Shown in pieces: positions 18,165-27,646 of a stretch of 43,021 nucleotides of DNA. The stretch's first letter is position 1; the number at the start of each line of letters is the position of its first letter. Below the pieces are notes generated by a model. That model was given only the letters and a program-made list of their open reading frames with translations, searched no databases and was not told the origin of the DNA. This DNA is from a virus: the UHGV virus genome UHGV-0126275; one strand, 5' to 3'. The position numbers were made by a program, and so were the translations under genes.

Positions 18165-18457
18165 CAGATTACGAAGACGATCAACTGAAAGAAGAAAACG
18201 CCCGTAAGCAACGTGACATGGCACAGCGTGAAATTGATGACATTCGCTTTGTCATGAGCAGTGAACAGGGGCGTCGCGTTGTCTGGTCGGTGCTGGAGAA
18301 AGGCCGTGTGTTTTCCGCTATCTCACCGATGGATGCTATGGCAATGGCATTTAATGAGGGGCAACGCAATCTGGCGCTGGAATTGTTTCAGCGCGTTATG
18401 GCGCATTGCCCTGAACAGTATTTGAAGATGGCCAAAGAGGCCAGTGAACAGGAGTGA
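18161..18457 (+). CDS. Hypothetical head-module protein
   Basis: 98-aa ORF overlapping the portal stop by 4 bp. Confidence 0.5.
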   Translation: MTDYEDDQLKEENARKQRDMAQREIDDIRFVMSSEQGRRVVWSVLEKGRVFSAISPMDAMAMAFNEGQRNLALELFQRVMAHCPEQYLKMAKEASEQE

Positions 18458-18459
18458 TC

Positions 18460-19155
18460 ATGAGTTTATTTGAGCGTTTGCTGTATCGCCGTCTTTGCAA
18501 TGAGCAACAAGTCGATGGTGGGGCAGCTCCGGCTGCGTCAGAACCGTCAGCGCATGCAGGTGATAACCCTGCTCCAGTTGGTGATCCATCACAACAGGAA
18601 GGTGATAAGCCACAACCTGTTTCTGATGGCGATAAACCTGCTGATGACAAAAAGCCTGAAAACGATAAGCAGGATGAAAAAAAGGGCGGCGATAAACCAG
18701 AGGGTGCGCCTGAGAAGTACGAGTTTCAGGCTGCCGAAGGCGTAGAGCTGGATACAGAAGCGTTGAAGGAATTCGAGCCGGTGGCGCGAGAACTAAACCT
18801 GACCAACGAGCAAGCGCAAAAGCTGGTTGATGCTTATCCGAAGATTCTGGCAGGTGTTCAGCAGCGCCAGGCAGAAGCCTGGCAGAAAACAACCGAGCAG
18901 TGGGCTGCGGATGTAAAAGCCGACAAAGAAATCGGTGGCGACAAGTTGATTTCTAACCTTAGCGCCGCACAGCGTGCGCTTGACCAGTTCGGGACACCTG
19001 AACTCAAAGAATATCTGAACACCACCGGGCTGGGTAATCACCCTGATCTGGTCAAAACGTTCGTGATAATCGGAAAGGCGATGTCTGAAGATGGCATGGT
19101 CACCGGTGGTAATGAAGGCCAGCGTAGTGCGGCCGAAGTGCTCTATGGCAAATAA
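18460..19155 (+). CDS. Scaffolding protein (candidate)
   Basis: Acidic, Pro/Asp/Lys-rich N-terminal half and helical C-terminal half; sits between portal and major capsid; ATG at 18460 with GGAG RBS. Confidence 0.6.
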   Translation: MSLFERLLYRRLCNEQQVDGGAAPAASEPSAHAGDNPAPVGDPSQQEGDKPQPVSDGDKPADDKKPENDKQDEKKGGDKPEGAPEKYEFQAAEGVELDTEALKEFEPVARELNLTNEQAQKLVDAYPKILAGVQQRQAEAWQKTTEQWAADVKADKEIGGDKLISNLSAAQRALDQFGTPELKEYLNTTGLGNHPDLVKTFVIIGKAMSEDGMVTGGNEGQRSAAEVLYGK

Positions 19156-19163
19156 GAGAGGAA

Positions 19164-20156
19164 ATGACAATGGCTGTTAAAGGCTTAACTGCGCTGACGC
19201 TGGCTGACTGGGGTAAGCGCGTCGATCCAAACGGGAAAGTCGATAAGATTATCGAGCTTCTCGGTCAAACTAACCCGATCCTTCAGGATATGCCTTTTGT
19301 CGAAGGGAACCTTCCTACCGGACACCGAACCACCATTCGTTCTGGTTTACCTTCAGCTACCTGGCGTTTGCTGAACTATGGCGTACAGCCAAGCAAATCA
19401 ACCACAGTGCAGGTAACCGATTCCGTGGGCATGCTGGAAACCTATGCTGAAGTCGATAAGTCACTGGCTGATCTGAACGGCAATACCGCCGAATTCCGCC
19501 TTTCTGAAGACCGCGCATTTATTGAAGCGATGAATCAGCAGATGGCGCAGACGCTGTTTTATGGTGATTCCAGCGTTAACCCTCAGCAGTTTATGGGACT
19601 GTCCTCCCGCTATTCCAGCCTGTCTGCGGGTAATGCTCAGAACATCATTGATGCTGGTGGCACGGGTACAGATAACACCTCAATCTGGTTAGTGGTGTGG
19701 GGCGAAAACACCGTGCATGGCATCTTCCCGAAAGGGCAGAAGGCTGGCATCCAGATGGAAGATAAAGGCCAGGTGACACTGGAAGATGCTAATGGCGGCA
19801 AGTACGAAGGCTATCGCACCCATTACAAATGGGATAACGGACTTGCTCTGCGTGACTGGCGTTATGTTGTTCGCATTGCAAACATCGATGTCAGCAATAT
19901 TTCAGAACCATCCTCTGCCGCAAATATTGCGAAGTTGATGGTTAAAGCACTACATCGCATTCCAAACCGTGGCATGGGCCGCCCGGTGTTCTACATGAAC
20001 CGCACTGTAGGCCAGACTCTTGATCTGCAGTCTCTGGAGAAAACATCTCTGGCTATCAGCGTAAAAGAGACAGAAGGCGAGTGGTGGACTTCATTCCGTG
20101 GTGTACCAATCCGTGAAACTGATGCGATTCTGGAAACAGAAGCCCGCGTGGTGTAA
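19164..20156 (+). CDS. Major capsid protein
   Basis: 330 aa, position after the scaffold, followed by a stable hairpin. Confidence 0.75.
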   Translation: MTMAVKGLTALTLADWGKRVDPNGKVDKIIELLGQTNPILQDMPFVEGNLPTGHRTTIRSGLPSATWRLLNYGVQPSKSTTVQVTDSVGMLETYAEVDKSLADLNGNTAEFRLSEDRAFIEAMNQQMAQTLFYGDSSVNPQQFMGLSSRYSSLSAGNAQNIIDAGGTGTDNTSIWLVVWGENTVHGIFPKGQKAGIQMEDKGQVTLEDANGGKYEGYRTHYKWDNGLALRDWRYVVRIANIDVSNISEPSSAANIAKLMVKALHRIPNRGMGRPVFYMNRTVGQTLDLQSLEKTSLAISVKETEGEWWTSFRGVPIRETDAILETEARVV

Positions 20157-20172
20157 CGCCTGTTATTAACCT

Positions 20173-20192
20173 GTGGGTCGTAACAGACCCAC
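20173..20192 (+). other. Stable stem-loop directly after the capsid gene (no U-tract); candidate partial terminator or RNA stability element
   Basis: GTGGGTC-GTAACA-GACCCAC. Confidence 0.45.
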
Positions 20193-20207
20193 TAATGGAG
20201 AAAGAAG

Positions 20208-20645
20208 ATGATCACCGACAAACTGTTGATGTTCTCCGAAGCTCAGGCGGTTACGAATACCGCGGCTTCTACTGACGTAATCGATCTCGGTCCAATTGAC
20301 GGAAAACGTCGTGATATCGGCGTGGGTTACCCGCTTGAGTTTTGGGCGCTGGTTAACGCAGCCGCCGCGGCAAGCGGTGATGCAACTGTAAACATCCAGT
20401 TGCAGACGAGTGAGAATAACAGCTCATGGACCACTATTTATGATAGTGGCGCACTGGCAAAGACCGCCCTGACAGCAGGTAAACGAGTTGTTTCTGCAAA
20501 GGTGCCTGCCGGTGTTCAGCGATATCTGCGTGTTAACTACTCCGTCGCAACTGGCCCACTAACGGCTGGCAAATTCACTGCGGGTATCAGTCTGGATGTT
20601 GATGCCAATACGCCGTACCCGATCCGCTCAAAAGTAACTGGTTAA
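20208..20645 (+). CDS. Hypothetical virion protein (possible capsid decoration)
   Basis: 145 aa, Ala/Thr/Gly-rich, position after the capsid gene. Confidence 0.45.
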   Translation: MITDKLLMFSEAQAVTNTAASTDVIDLGPIDGKRRDIGVGYPLEFWALVNAAAAASGDATVNIQLQTSENNSSWTTIYDSGALAKTALTAGKRVVSAKVPAGVQRYLRVNYSVATGPLTAGKFTAGISLDVDANTPYPIRSKVTG

Positions 20646-20646
20646 G

Positions 20647-20991
20647 GTGATATCGATGTCAGGTGAGAAACCAAGATACCGCGTTCTGCGCCTCTCTCAT
20701 ATCCATAACACTCTGTGGCCAGAGGGGGCAGAAATCGAATACGAAGGTGAGCCTGGTAGCGCACTGGAACCTGTTAACGATGCAGCCAGACAGGCAAAAG
20801 CAAAAGTTGCAGGAAAGGTGTCTATGGCAGCAACCAGCACCAAAATCATCAACGATGTGTCAGATGATGGTGAACTGGATAAGCTCCGTGAAGAGTACGA
20901 ATTGCTCTTTAACGAGAAGCCACACCATAACGCCAAAGCCGAAACGCTACGCGAGAAGATCGCAGATAAGCGTAAAGAACTGGGCGTGTAA
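20647..20991 (+). CDS. Hypothetical virion-module protein
   Basis: 114-aa ORF in the structural operon. Confidence 0.45.
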   Translation: MISMSGEKPRYRVLRLSHIHNTLWPEGAEIEYEGEPGSALEPVNDAARQAKAKVAGKVSMAATSTKIINDVSDDGELDKLREEYELLFNEKPHHNAKAETLREKIADKRKELGV

Positions 20992-21047
20992 GCCTCGCGA
21001 ATCAGACAAGGGGCTTCGGCCCCTTTATTGCAGGAGTATAGAAACTT

Positions 21048-21653
21048 ATGGCCTCTGTAGTAGAGATCTGCAATCGTGCGCTGTCCAATATTGGCAACAG
21101 CCGCAGCATTAACAGCCTGACGGAAGCCAGCAAGGAAGCGGGGGAATGTTCGCTGCACTTTGAGGCCTGTCGTGATGCTGTGCTTTCTGATTTTGACTGG
21201 AACTTTGCTACCAAACGCGTGGCGCTTGCAGATACGAGCAATCCACCGCCTGACTGGGAATATGCGTACCAGTACCCGTCAGATTGTCTGCGCATTACTG
21301 AAATTATGCTTCCTGGTGTACGCAATCCAACAGCAGCAATGCGCGTTCAGTACGAAGTTGGTGCAGACACCAACGGAACAGGAAAGTTGATCTACACAGA
21401 CCAGCCTCAGGCATGGCTCAAGTATGTCTCTCGCGTTACAGATGTGAACATGTTTGATGCCATTTTTATGGAGGCGTTGGCCTGGCGTCTTGCGGCAGCT
21501 ATTAACATGGCGCTGACTGGGAATGCAGACCTCGGTACGTTTGCCCTCAATATGTACAATCGCGTGATTCTTAGTGCTGGCTCGCATAGCCAGAATGAAT
21601 CACAGGAACCACAGCCACCGGTTGATGAGTTTACCATTGCGAGGTTGTCCTGA
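21048..21653 (+). CDS. Head-to-tail adaptor (T7 gp11-like)
   Basis: About 200 aa followed by an about 820-aa protein, the gp11/gp12 size pattern. Confidence 0.5.
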   Translation: MASVVEICNRALSNIGNSRSINSLTEASKEAGECSLHFEACRDAVLSDFDWNFATKRVALADTSNPPPDWEYAYQYPSDCLRITEIMLPGVRNPTAAMRVQYEVGADTNGTGKLIYTDQPQAWLKYVSRVTDVNMFDAIFMEALAWRLAAAINMALTGNADLGTFALNMYNRVILSAGSHSQNESQEPQPPVDEFTIARLS

Positions 21654-24124
21654 TGGCTATCAGTTGGATCCAGCCCAGCTTTGCCGGTGGTGAGATTGGA
21701 CCGTCGTTGTACGGGCGTATTGACATGGCGAAGTACCAGGTAGCATTGCGCAAGTGCGATAACTTTATCGTGCGGCAGTATGGCGGCGTTGAGAATCGAC
21801 CTGGTACGCGTTTTGTCGGTGCCGCCAAATACCCAAATCGGAAATGCCGCCTGATCCCGTTCCAATTCTCGACGGTTCAGACTTATGCTCTGGAGTTCGG
21901 ACACCAGTACATGCGCGTTATCAAAGATGGTGCGTTGGTGCTGAACAGCAGCAATGTTATTTATGAAATTGCCACGCCATATACTGAAGCCGATCTGTTC
22001 CGAATTAAATTCACGCAAAGCGCCGACGTGCTTACGCTGGTTCACCCGGCATACCCGCCGAAAGAGCTGCGCCGCTATGCGCATGACAACTGGCAACTGG
22101 TTGATGTGGTAACGAAGAACGGGCCATTTGAAGATATCAATATTGATGAGTCAGTGACGGTTTATGCCAGCGCCAGCACCGGGACAATTACGTTAACGGC
22201 AAGCGCCTCTATTTTTGGCGCGGAGCAGGTAGGCAAATTGTTCTATCTGGAACAGCCTGCAGTGGATTCTGTGCCGGTATGGGAAACCAGTAAGAGTACG
22301 TCGATTGGCGATATTCGCCGTGCAGACAGTAACTACTATCGCGCCGTTACAGCAGGCAAAACAGGCACTTTGCGCCCTTCGCATACAGAAGGCACATCAT
22401 GGGATGGCTGGGGCGGATCCGGTGATGATGATACTGGCATTGAGTGGGAGTATCTGCACAGTGGTTTTGGCATTGCCCGTATAACTGCTGTAAATGGCAC
22501 TACTGCAACTGCTGAGGTGATTTCCTATATCCCTTCGCAGGTCGTTGGCGAGGATAATGCCAGCTATAAATGGGCTAAATATGCCTGGAACAGTGTTAAC
22601 GGTTATCCTGGCACGGTTGTTTATTATCAACAACGTCTTTACTTCGCCGCATCGACAGCGTTCCCTCAGACTATCTGGGCCAGCCGTACTGGGGATTATA
22701 AGGATTTTGGCAAAAGCAATCCTACGCAGGATGACGACAGAATTATCTACACCTATGCCGGGCGTCAGGTTAATGAGATCCGCCACCTGATTGATGTCGG
22801 TTCGCTGGTGGCACTGACTTCCGGAGGTGAGTACGTCATCACCGGCGACCAGAACAAAGTGCTTACCCCATCATCATTCGCATTCAGCTCTCAGGGATCA
22901 AATGGCTCAAGCAACGTCCCGCCAATTGCCGTGGCGAATATTGCTCTGTTCGTCCAGGAGAAAGGCAGCGTTGTCCGTGATCTGGCCTACTCATTCGATG
23001 TTGACGGCTATCAGGGGAACGACCTGACCATCCTTGCCAATCATCTTTTTCAGAAGCACAGCATTGTTGACTGGTGCTTCTCGATAGTCCCTTACTCCAG
23101 CGCCTTCTGCATTCGTGATGACGGTAAATTACTGGTGATGACCTATTTGCGTGATCAACAGGTTTTTGCATGGGCACCACAGTCCAGTACCGGAAAATAT
23201 GAAAGCACATGCAGTATCAGCGAAGGCAATGAAGATGCGGTGTATTTCGTCATTAACCGAACCGTTAACGGGCAAACAGTGAGATACATCGAGCGACTGT
23301 CCAGCCGTTTATTTACCAGCGATGAAGATGCTTTCTTTGTTGATTCTGGCCTTAGCTATGATGGAAGAAATACGTCTGACAGAACGATGACCATCACTGG
23401 TGGTTCTGGCGAATGGGATTACCGCGCGGAATATACAATCAGTGTTTCTGGTGGTGCGTACTTCACCAGTAGTGATGTCGGCGCGCAACTACAGTTCCCT
23501 TATACCGGAACTGATCCTGATACTGGCGATGAGGTGTCAAAAGAATTACGTTGCGACATTATTTCTGTAACCAGCAATACCGCTGTAGTGGTTCGTGCTA
23601 ACAGGAACGTCCCGCCATCCCTCAGGAATGTGGCCACCACGAACTGGCAGATGGCGCGCCGGACATTTGGAGGCCTGTCTCATCTTGAAGGCCAGACCGT
23701 AAACATTCTCTCTGATGCGAACGTGGAACCACAGAAAGTGGTTTCCGGAGGTGCCGTCACGCTGGAATCTCCGGGGGCTGTAGTGCACATCGGCCTGCCA
23801 ATAACTGCTGAATTCGAAACACTGGATATCAACATTAACGGACAGGAAACGCTGCTGGACAAAAAACAGGTGATCCCCTCCGTTACTCTGGTTGTGAATG
23901 CCAGTCGCGGCATCTGGGCGACTACGCCCGGCGGTAAATGGTACGAATATCCACAGCGTGAATTCGAGTTCTACGATGATCCTGTTGATGATGCTACCGG
24001 AAAAGTAGAAGTGAAACTGGACAGTAACTGGGGCAAAAACGGACGTGTAAAAATCCGTCAGCTTGATCCGTTGCCGCTGTCTGTTCTTGCCGTTATTCCT
24101 CGCCTTACTGTTGGGGGATTCTGA
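21653..24124 (+). CDS. Tail nozzle / tubular protein B-like
   Basis: 823 aa immediately after the adaptor-like gene. Confidence 0.5.
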   Translation: MAISWIQPSFAGGEIGPSLYGRIDMAKYQVALRKCDNFIVRQYGGVENRPGTRFVGAAKYPNRKCRLIPFQFSTVQTYALEFGHQYMRVIKDGALVLNSSNVIYEIATPYTEADLFRIKFTQSADVLTLVHPAYPPKELRRYAHDNWQLVDVVTKNGPFEDINIDESVTVYASASTGTITLTASASIFGAEQVGKLFYLEQPAVDSVPVWETSKSTSIGDIRRADSNYYRAVTAGKTGTLRPSHTEGTSWDGWGGSGDDDTGIEWEYLHSGFGIARITAVNGTTATAEVISYIPSQVVGEDNASYKWAKYAWNSVNGYPGTVVYYQQRLYFAASTAFPQTIWASRTGDYKDFGKSNPTQDDDRIIYTYAGRQVNEIRHLIDVGSLVALTSGGEYVITGDQNKVLTPSSFAFSSQGSNGSSNVPPIAVANIALFVQEKGSVVRDLAYSFDVDGYQGNDLTILANHLFQKHSIVDWCFSIVPYSSAFCIRDDGKLLVMTYLRDQQVFAWAPQSSTGKYESTCSISEGNEDAVYFVINRTVNGQTVRYIERLSSRLFTSDEDAFFVDSGLSYDGRNTSDRTMTITGGSGEWDYRAEYTISVSGGAYFTSSDVGAQLQFPYTGTDPDTGDEVSKELRCDIISVTSNTAVVVRANRNVPPSLRNVATTNWQMARRTFGGLSHLEGQTVNILSDANVEPQKVVSGGAVTLESPGAVVHIGLPITAEFETLDININGQETLLDKKQVIPSVTLVVNASRGIWATTPGGKWYEYPQREFEFYDDPVDDATGKVEVKLDSNWGKNGRVKIRQLDPLPLSVLAVIPRLTVGGF

Positions 24125-24588
24125 TGATCGATGTTCAAATTATTCCCGCAACCGAAGAGCATCTTCAGATGATTTTGCCGGATGTTCGTCAGGCTGATAT
24201 TGACGAACTGTATGCGGTATCACTGATGACTACCGAAGATGCGCTGCGTGTTGGTCTGCGTACTGCGACTATGGCCTGGTCAGGATTTGCGAACGGAGAA
24301 CTGGTAACCATGTTTGGCGTATCTCCGGCGTCAATGATCGGTGGCAATGGTACGCCCTGGCTGGTCGGAACCAGCCGTATCGAAAAATATCAGAAGACAT
24401 TTCTTCGCCACTGCCGCCCTGTATTGCAGCAGATGCTGGCAGTTTATCCGCGCCTGGAAAACTATGTCGACGAGCGAAACCATGTTGCCAAAGCATGGCT
24501 GCACTGGCTTGGATTCAGGCTTGAAGAAGCCGCGCCTTATGGTGCTCTTGGTCTTAATTTCCACAGATTTCACATGGAGAGAAAATAA
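24124..24588 (+). CDS. Hypothetical virion protein
   Basis: 154-aa ORF, coupled start/stop. Confidence 0.45.
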   Translation: MIDVQIIPATEEHLQMILPDVRQADIDELYAVSLMTTEDALRVGLRTATMAWSGFANGELVTMFGVSPASMIGGNGTPWLVGTSRIEKYQKTFLRHCRPVLQQMLAVYPRLENYVDERNHVAKAWLHWLGFRLEEAAPYGALGLNFHRFHMERK

Positions 24589-25133
24589 TGTGCGATCCGG
24601 TTATTGCTGGTGGCGCAATGCTCGCCATGAGTGGCATTCAGGCATACACCCAGTACCAACAGGGAAAGTATGCCTCGAAGGTTGCAGAAGCGAACGCAGA
24701 TATAGCCACAGCTCAGGCAAATGATGCAATAAACAGAGGTAACGCTGAAGCTGAGCAACGGCGCAGAGAGACCCGACAGCGGCTTGGTACACAGGCGGCG
24801 ACAATGGGGGCTACCGGCGCTGATTTATCTACAGGTAACGCGCTGGATATATTTGGCGACACTGCCCAGTTTGGCGCTCTTGATTCTCTGACGACGGTGA
24901 ATAACGCGCAACGCGAGGCTTACGGTTATCAGGTTCAGGCTGCCAACTATAAAGCAGAAGCCAGTTCAGCCCGTAAACAGGGGAATGTGGGAGCAGCAAC
25001 AACATTGCTCACTGCGCCTCTGAAGGCATACGGTGCGTACCAGATGTTTGGTGGGACGTGGAGTCCGTTTACTCAAAGCACCCCTGCGCCAATCGGGGCA
25101 GCAGCAGGAACCAGATTACCCGGAGGATTATAA
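24588..25133 (+). CDS. Internal virion protein-like (Ala/Gln-rich)
   Basis: 181 aa, low-complexity Ala/Gly/Gln-rich. Confidence 0.45.
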   Translation: MCDPVIAGGAMLAMSGIQAYTQYQQGKYASKVAEANADIATAQANDAINRGNAEAEQRRRETRQRLGTQAATMGATGADLSTGNALDIFGDTAQFGALDSLTTVNNAQREAYGYQVQAANYKAEASSARKQGNVGAATTLLTAPLKAYGAYQMFGGTWSPFTQSTPAPIGAAAGTRLPGGL

Positions 25134-27646
25134 TGCCAGTCGTACCAACAGTATCCGGCCGTCAGGTTCAGAGCCGTGGAGTTCAGTCAGCAGGCTTGCA
25201 GACGTTTTCTCAGCCAGGTATTGGTGATGCTTTTGTTCGGGCAGGGACAGAGGCAATTGATGTTTTTGGTCAGGCAAAACAGCGTGCCAATATCGCTCTG
25301 GCTCAGGAGGCATCTCTTAACCTCAGTCAGATAAGCAGTGATCTGCTGAATAATCCTGAAACAGGATTGCTTAACCTGAAAGGGAAAAATGCTATTGGAA
25401 AAGGCCATGAGTATACGCAGCAGTTTGATGCTCAGGTCGAACAACTGGCTATGTCGCTGCCGGATGAACAGGCTCGTAATGCTTTCATGCAGCAGGCGCA
25501 GCAGCAGCGCATTCAGTTCACTACGCAGGCCGGGAGGTACGAGATAGGGCAAATAAATGCCTACGAAGAAGGCCAGTTTCAGGCTACGCTGCTGAACAAT
25601 GGTAAAAATGCCGCAGCATTGTATGGCGACAACGCCGCATACGTATTGGCTAATAAGCAAACTTTCCAGCAAATTGAGGATTACGGCATTGCACATGGCT
25701 GGAGTGACGAGCAAATCCAGGCCAAGAAAATCGAGTTTAAAGAAGCAACAGCAAAAGCAACTGCTCAAAATGCTATTGGAGCAAACTATCTTCAGGTAAG
25801 ACAGCAAAACGGCGAGTTAAGCGATACTGCTGCTGGTTCTCGCCGTGCTGTAGCAGATAGTGGCTCTTCCGATCGTACCCGCGGTATACGCAACAATAAC
25901 CCCGGCAATCTTGAATACAGCAAAACTAATCCGTGGGTTGGGCAGACTGGTGATGATGGTCGCTTTGCCAAATTCGAAACCCCTGAACACGGTATTCGTG
26001 CATTAGGGCGGAACCTGATGTCGTATCAGCGGCAGGGTATTGATACCGTCAGCGAGATAATTAATCGCTGGGCACCGCCTACTGATAAAAATGACACTAT
26101 GTCGTATATCAAAGCAGTGTGCGAACAACTTGGCGTTTCTGCTGATGAGCCTCTCGATGCATCAAATCCTGATACCCTGAAGGCGCTTTGTGCAGCCATT
26201 ATCCATCATGAAAACGGTAGCCAGCCATACAGTGATCAGCAGTTAACTGCAGGTGTTAGTGCTGCGCTGGGGCTTTCTCAGCTACCGACAAAAAATAAAC
26301 GTTATACCGGTGTAGCCTGGTTCGATGCTTTAAGTGAATCAGATCAGGCCAGCGTGTTGCGACAGACTGATGCACTAGCCAGACAACAGCAGGCTGAATA
26401 TAAAACGATGCTCGACAGCCGGGTTCGCGATGCGACGGCTGCGTATATGCGTGGCATTGAATTTCCTAACCCACCTGGTGAGGATGATTTTATTGCAGCT
26501 TATGGAGTCAGAGAAGGAAACCTGCGATATACCGAGTTTAAGAATACGCAGATCGCCGGACAGTATATAGGCTCTTTCCGCAACATGCCGACAAGCAGCA
26601 TTACAGCATATGTTGAGCAATTACGCCCGGATACTGGTGATACAGGGGAGGGGTATGCGGCACGCGCAACTCTTTATGACAACGTTGTTTCGGCTGCAAA
26701 TCAGGTGATAAAGCAGCGGCAGTCGGATCCTGTGCAGTTCTCTCTTGCCTCCGGACAGGCAAAGCCTATCGACATGAGCAATAAGGATAACTTTGGACAG
26801 AGCGTTGCCTTGCGTGCCGCTCAGGTCAGTGACCTTGCTAAGTCATATGGCACTCCACTGACGTTCTTTTCCAAAGACGAGGCCAATCAGATCGGTGTTT
26901 TCTTTCGTGATGCTCCAGTTTCCCAACAGGCAGCATATCTCGATACCATCAGGCAGAGCACTGGTGGTGGGCAGGTGTATATGTCAGCACTACAGCAGAT
27001 CAGTGCCAACGCTCCATCTGCTGCCGTTGCCGGGATACTGATGGATAAGCCTGGTGGTATTTTGGCAGAAAAAAACTGGTTTAATCCGGATGTTTCCGTG
27101 TCTCCTGAAACCGCTGCGCAGACAATTCTTGCTGGCGCGGCGGCTCGTAAAGGTACTGATGATGCGAAAGGTATTCCGATGCCTAAAGATGCTGATCTTC
27201 GCCTTGAGTTTTCTGACATGGTGAAGGATGCATTTGCTGGTGACGCTCAGGGCGCATCAATGGCATACGAGATCGCAAAGGATTATTACGCTGGTGTGAT
27301 GGCGAAAAAAGGCGTGGTATCAGGCGAAATTGACAATGATGTCTGGAAACAGGCTGTTAACGTAGCTACAGGTGGCGTGCATGACTATAACGGAATGGGG
27401 AATGTCCTTTTGCCGTGGGGAATGTCTGCAGAGCAATTCGATAAGCAGGTTAATCAGGCTTGGAATGAACAAGTTGTCGGCTCCGGGATAAAAACACCGC
27501 CTGGTCAGTATGGTTTGCAAAGTTACGGCGATAGTCAGTACCTGGTGAAACTTGGTACTGGTTATCTGCTGAAAGATGATGGTTCTCCCGTTGTTCTTAA
27601 TCTGACACAGAAGCGTCAGAGATTCTCCGGAGATATTCCGCAATGA
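25133..27646 (+). CDS. Large internal core / ejection protein
   Basis: Start taken at 'MPVVPT' (TAATG overlap, GGAGG RBS); about 837 aa; contains 'GIRNNNPGNLEY...' segment. Confidence 0.55.
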   Translation: MPVVPTVSGRQVQSRGVQSAGLQTFSQPGIGDAFVRAGTEAIDVFGQAKQRANIALAQEASLNLSQISSDLLNNPETGLLNLKGKNAIGKGHEYTQQFDAQVEQLAMSLPDEQARNAFMQQAQQQRIQFTTQAGRYEIGQINAYEEGQFQATLLNNGKNAAALYGDNAAYVLANKQTFQQIEDYGIAHGWSDEQIQAKKIEFKEATAKATAQNAIGANYLQVRQQNGELSDTAAGSRRAVADSGSSDRTRGIRNNNPGNLEYSKTNPWVGQTGDDGRFAKFETPEHGIRALGRNLMSYQRQGIDTVSEIINRWAPPTDKNDTMSYIKAVCEQLGVSADEPLDASNPDTLKALCAAIIHHENGSQPYSDQQLTAGVSAALGLSQLPTKNKRYTGVAWFDALSESDQASVLRQTDALARQQQAEYKTMLDSRVRDATAAYMRGIEFPNPPGEDDFIAAYGVREGNLRYTEFKNTQIAGQYIGSFRNMPTSSITAYVEQLRPDTGDTGEGYAARATLYDNVVSAANQVIKQRQSDPVQFSLASGQAKPIDMSNKDNFGQSVALRAAQVSDLAKSYGTPLTFFSKDEANQIGVFFRDAPVSQQAAYLDTIRQSTGGGQVYMSALQQISANAPSAAVAGILMDKPGGILAEKNWFNPDVSVSPETAAQTILAGAAARKGTDDAKGIPMPKDADLRLEFSDMVKDAFAGDAQGASMAYEIAKDYYAGVMAKKGVVSGEIDNDVWKQAVNVATGGVHDYNGMGNVLLPWGMSAEQFDKQVNQAWNEQVVGSGIKTPPGQYGLQSYGDSQYLVKLGTGYLLKDDGSPVVLNLTQKRQRFSGDIPQ

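Noticed and set aside
25187-25807. 206-aa minus-strand ORF inside the large core-protein gene
   Set aside because: Antisense to a strongly supported coding region; Cys/Leu-rich translation typical of reverse-frame artefacts.
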